A stretch of DNA of 64,000 nucleotides from Podarcis cretensis (taxonomy: Eukaryota). A program made the position numbers and the translations under genes. The notes beneath the pieces are model-generated. The model was not told where the DNA came from. It saw only the letters and a program-made list of their open reading frames with translations, and did no database searches. Each line of letters opens with the position of its first letter. Positions within the stretch are counted from its first letter, which is position 1. Shown here piece by piece: positions 62,433-64,000 of the stretch. Location: the NCBI GenBank assembly GCA_951804945.1, contig OX638149.1:77934001-77998000 (forward strand), in the 5' to 3' direction.

Positions 62433-63400
62433 AATAATAATAATAATAATAATTTATTATTTATACCCCGCCCATCTGGCTGGGCCTCCCCAGCCACTCT
62501 GGGCGGCTTCCATAGAAAGCAAAAATACAATAAAATATCACACGTTAAAAACTTCCCTGAACTGCCTTAAGATGTCTTAAGAATGTCAGGTAGTTGTTTA
62601 TCGCTTTGACATCTGCTGGAAGGGCATTCCACAGGGCGGGCGCCACTACCAAGAAGGCCCTCTGCCTGGTTCCCTGTAGCTTTACTTCTCGCAATGAGGG
62701 AACCGTCAGAAGGCCCTCGGTGCTAGACCTCAGCGTCCGGGCAGAATGATGGGGGTGGAGACGCTCCTTCAGGTATACTGGACTGAGGCCGTTTAGGGCT
62801 TTAAAGGTCAGCACCAACACTTTGAATTGTGCTCGGAAACGTACTGGGAGCCAATGTAGGTCTTTCAAGACCGGTGTTATATGGTCTCGGCGGCTGCCCC
62901 CAGTCACCAGTCTAGCTGCCGTATTCTGGATTAGTTGTAGTTTCCGAGTCACCTTCAAAGGTAGCCCCACGTAGAGTGCATTGCAGTAGTCCAAGCGGGA
63001 GATAACCAGAGCATGCACCACTCTGGCGAGACAGTCCGCAGGCAGATAGGGTTTCAGCCTACGTACCAGATGGAGCTGGTAAACAGCTGCCCTGGACACT
63101 GATTTGACCTGTGCCTCCATGGACAGCTGTGAGTCCAAAATGACTCCCAGGCTGCGCACCTGGTCCTTCAGGGGCACCGTTACCCCATTCAGGACCAGGG
63201 AATCCTCCACACCTGCCCACCTCCTGTCCCCCCAAAACAGCACTTCTGTCTTGTCAGGATTCAACCTCAATCTGTTAGCCGTCATCCATCCTCCAACCGC
63301 CTCCAGACACTCACACAGGACCTTCACCGCCTTCACTGGTTCTGATTTAAAAGAGAGGTAGAGCTGGGTATCATCCGCATACTGATGAACACCCAGCCCA
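62433..63400 (-). mobile_element. L2-clade LINE, 5'-truncated, relatively young (RT C-terminal half largely open), (TTA)n tail
   Basis: YADDTQLY at about 63360-63381; ORF with LNPDKTE, RSLGVILD, SRLDYCN, LHWLP motifs. Confidence 0.92.
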
Positions 63401-63708
63401 CCTAGTGGCTGGGCCTCTTTTAACTGTAAGGGATCTATGCATCAGGGAAGAAGTTAGCTTCCCAAACAAAGCAACAATCCTACTTAAGGCTCAGTCCAGG
63501 ATAGTTGGGTGCTGGAACAACAGTCCAGCCTAGATTTCACTTGGAGCTAACTAGGGTTTTACTACTATGTTTATTTGCTCATCTGCCTTTTTGGACCCCA
63601 ACCACTGCTTTACTTGACTCTGTTTATCTGGACCTACTCTCTACTTTGCTGGAATGACCTCAGTGGAACCTGATCTGTGTTTTACTTTGCCTGACCCCGA
63701 TCATCAGA

Positions 63709-63740
63709 ATACTTACCTGGCAGGGGAGACACCTTGATCA
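63709..63740 (+). pseudogene. RNU1: 3'-truncated U1 snRNA retro-fragment (nt 1-32) with 12-bp target-site duplication
   Basis: ATACTTACCTGGCAGGGGAGACACCTTGATCA matches the U1 5' end; flanked by GATCATCAGAAT at 63699-63710 and 63736-63747. Confidence 0.9.
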
Positions 63741-64000
63741 TCAGAATCTGACCTTGCCTGGCTGAAACCCAATCTCTGCTTGATCTGGCTTTGCTTCTGG
63801 ATCCCAGACAGGGACGAGCAGTATGTGACCTTGAATTTTCTGTGTAGCACATGTATCCACTGGGCTAGATCCTGTCCCCTTGACTGGGACAAAACAGTAA
63901 CTTCCCTTTCCCTAAACCAAACTTCCCATATTCACAAAGCATCAAGCATTTTGTTTTGGGCAACCACAGTTTTTATAACAATTAATATAAAATGAAGCTT

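Larger units (their letters stand above)
33755..64000 (-). other. MUC5AC: MUC5AC-like gel-forming mucin gene (5' part lies beyond the right edge of the window)
   Basis: 22 phase-consistent GT-AG coding exons. VWD4 begins [33 protein letters not shown], matching recalled mammalian MUC5AC; GDPH is present (MUC5B lacks it). It has multiple CysD domains and a C-terminal cystine knot, and lies upstream of a second mucin gene as in the MUC5AC-MUC5B order. Confidence 0.9.

Noticed and set aside
63715-63717. Perfect donor taken as the end of a genuine upstream MUC5AC exon
   Set aside because: The preceding sequence is U1-derived and contains stops; the expected Cys-rich exon must lie beyond 64000.

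Overview
Eukaryotic (squamate, probably lacertid lizard, judging by Sauria/Squam-type SINEs and L2/CR1/L1 LINEs) genomic DNA from the gel-forming mucin cluster. The minus strand carries the 3' two-thirds of a MUC5AC orthologue: 22 coding exons traced with GT-AG boundaries and continuous reading phase, from 61939 down to the stop at 34817. These include a 6,663-bp central exon with 10 CysD domains and Thr-rich PTS repeats, VWD4 with the GDPH site, C8/TIL/VWC-like modules, the cystine knot and an unusual poly-Q/E tail. About 30 kb of TE-rich intergenic DNA follows, then the TATA promoter and first three coding exons of the next mucin (MUC5B-like), which runs off the left edge. Most notable observations: a TSD-flanked 32-nt U1 snRNA 5' retro-fragment that creates a perfect 5' splice site inside a MUC5AC intron; the CAG-encoded Q/E tail; a mosaic higher-order CysD+PTS array; a candidate HDV-like ribozyme fold in an intron; and a solo LTR carrying a small acidic/basic ORF. 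All identifications are by eye or recall; no database search was run.
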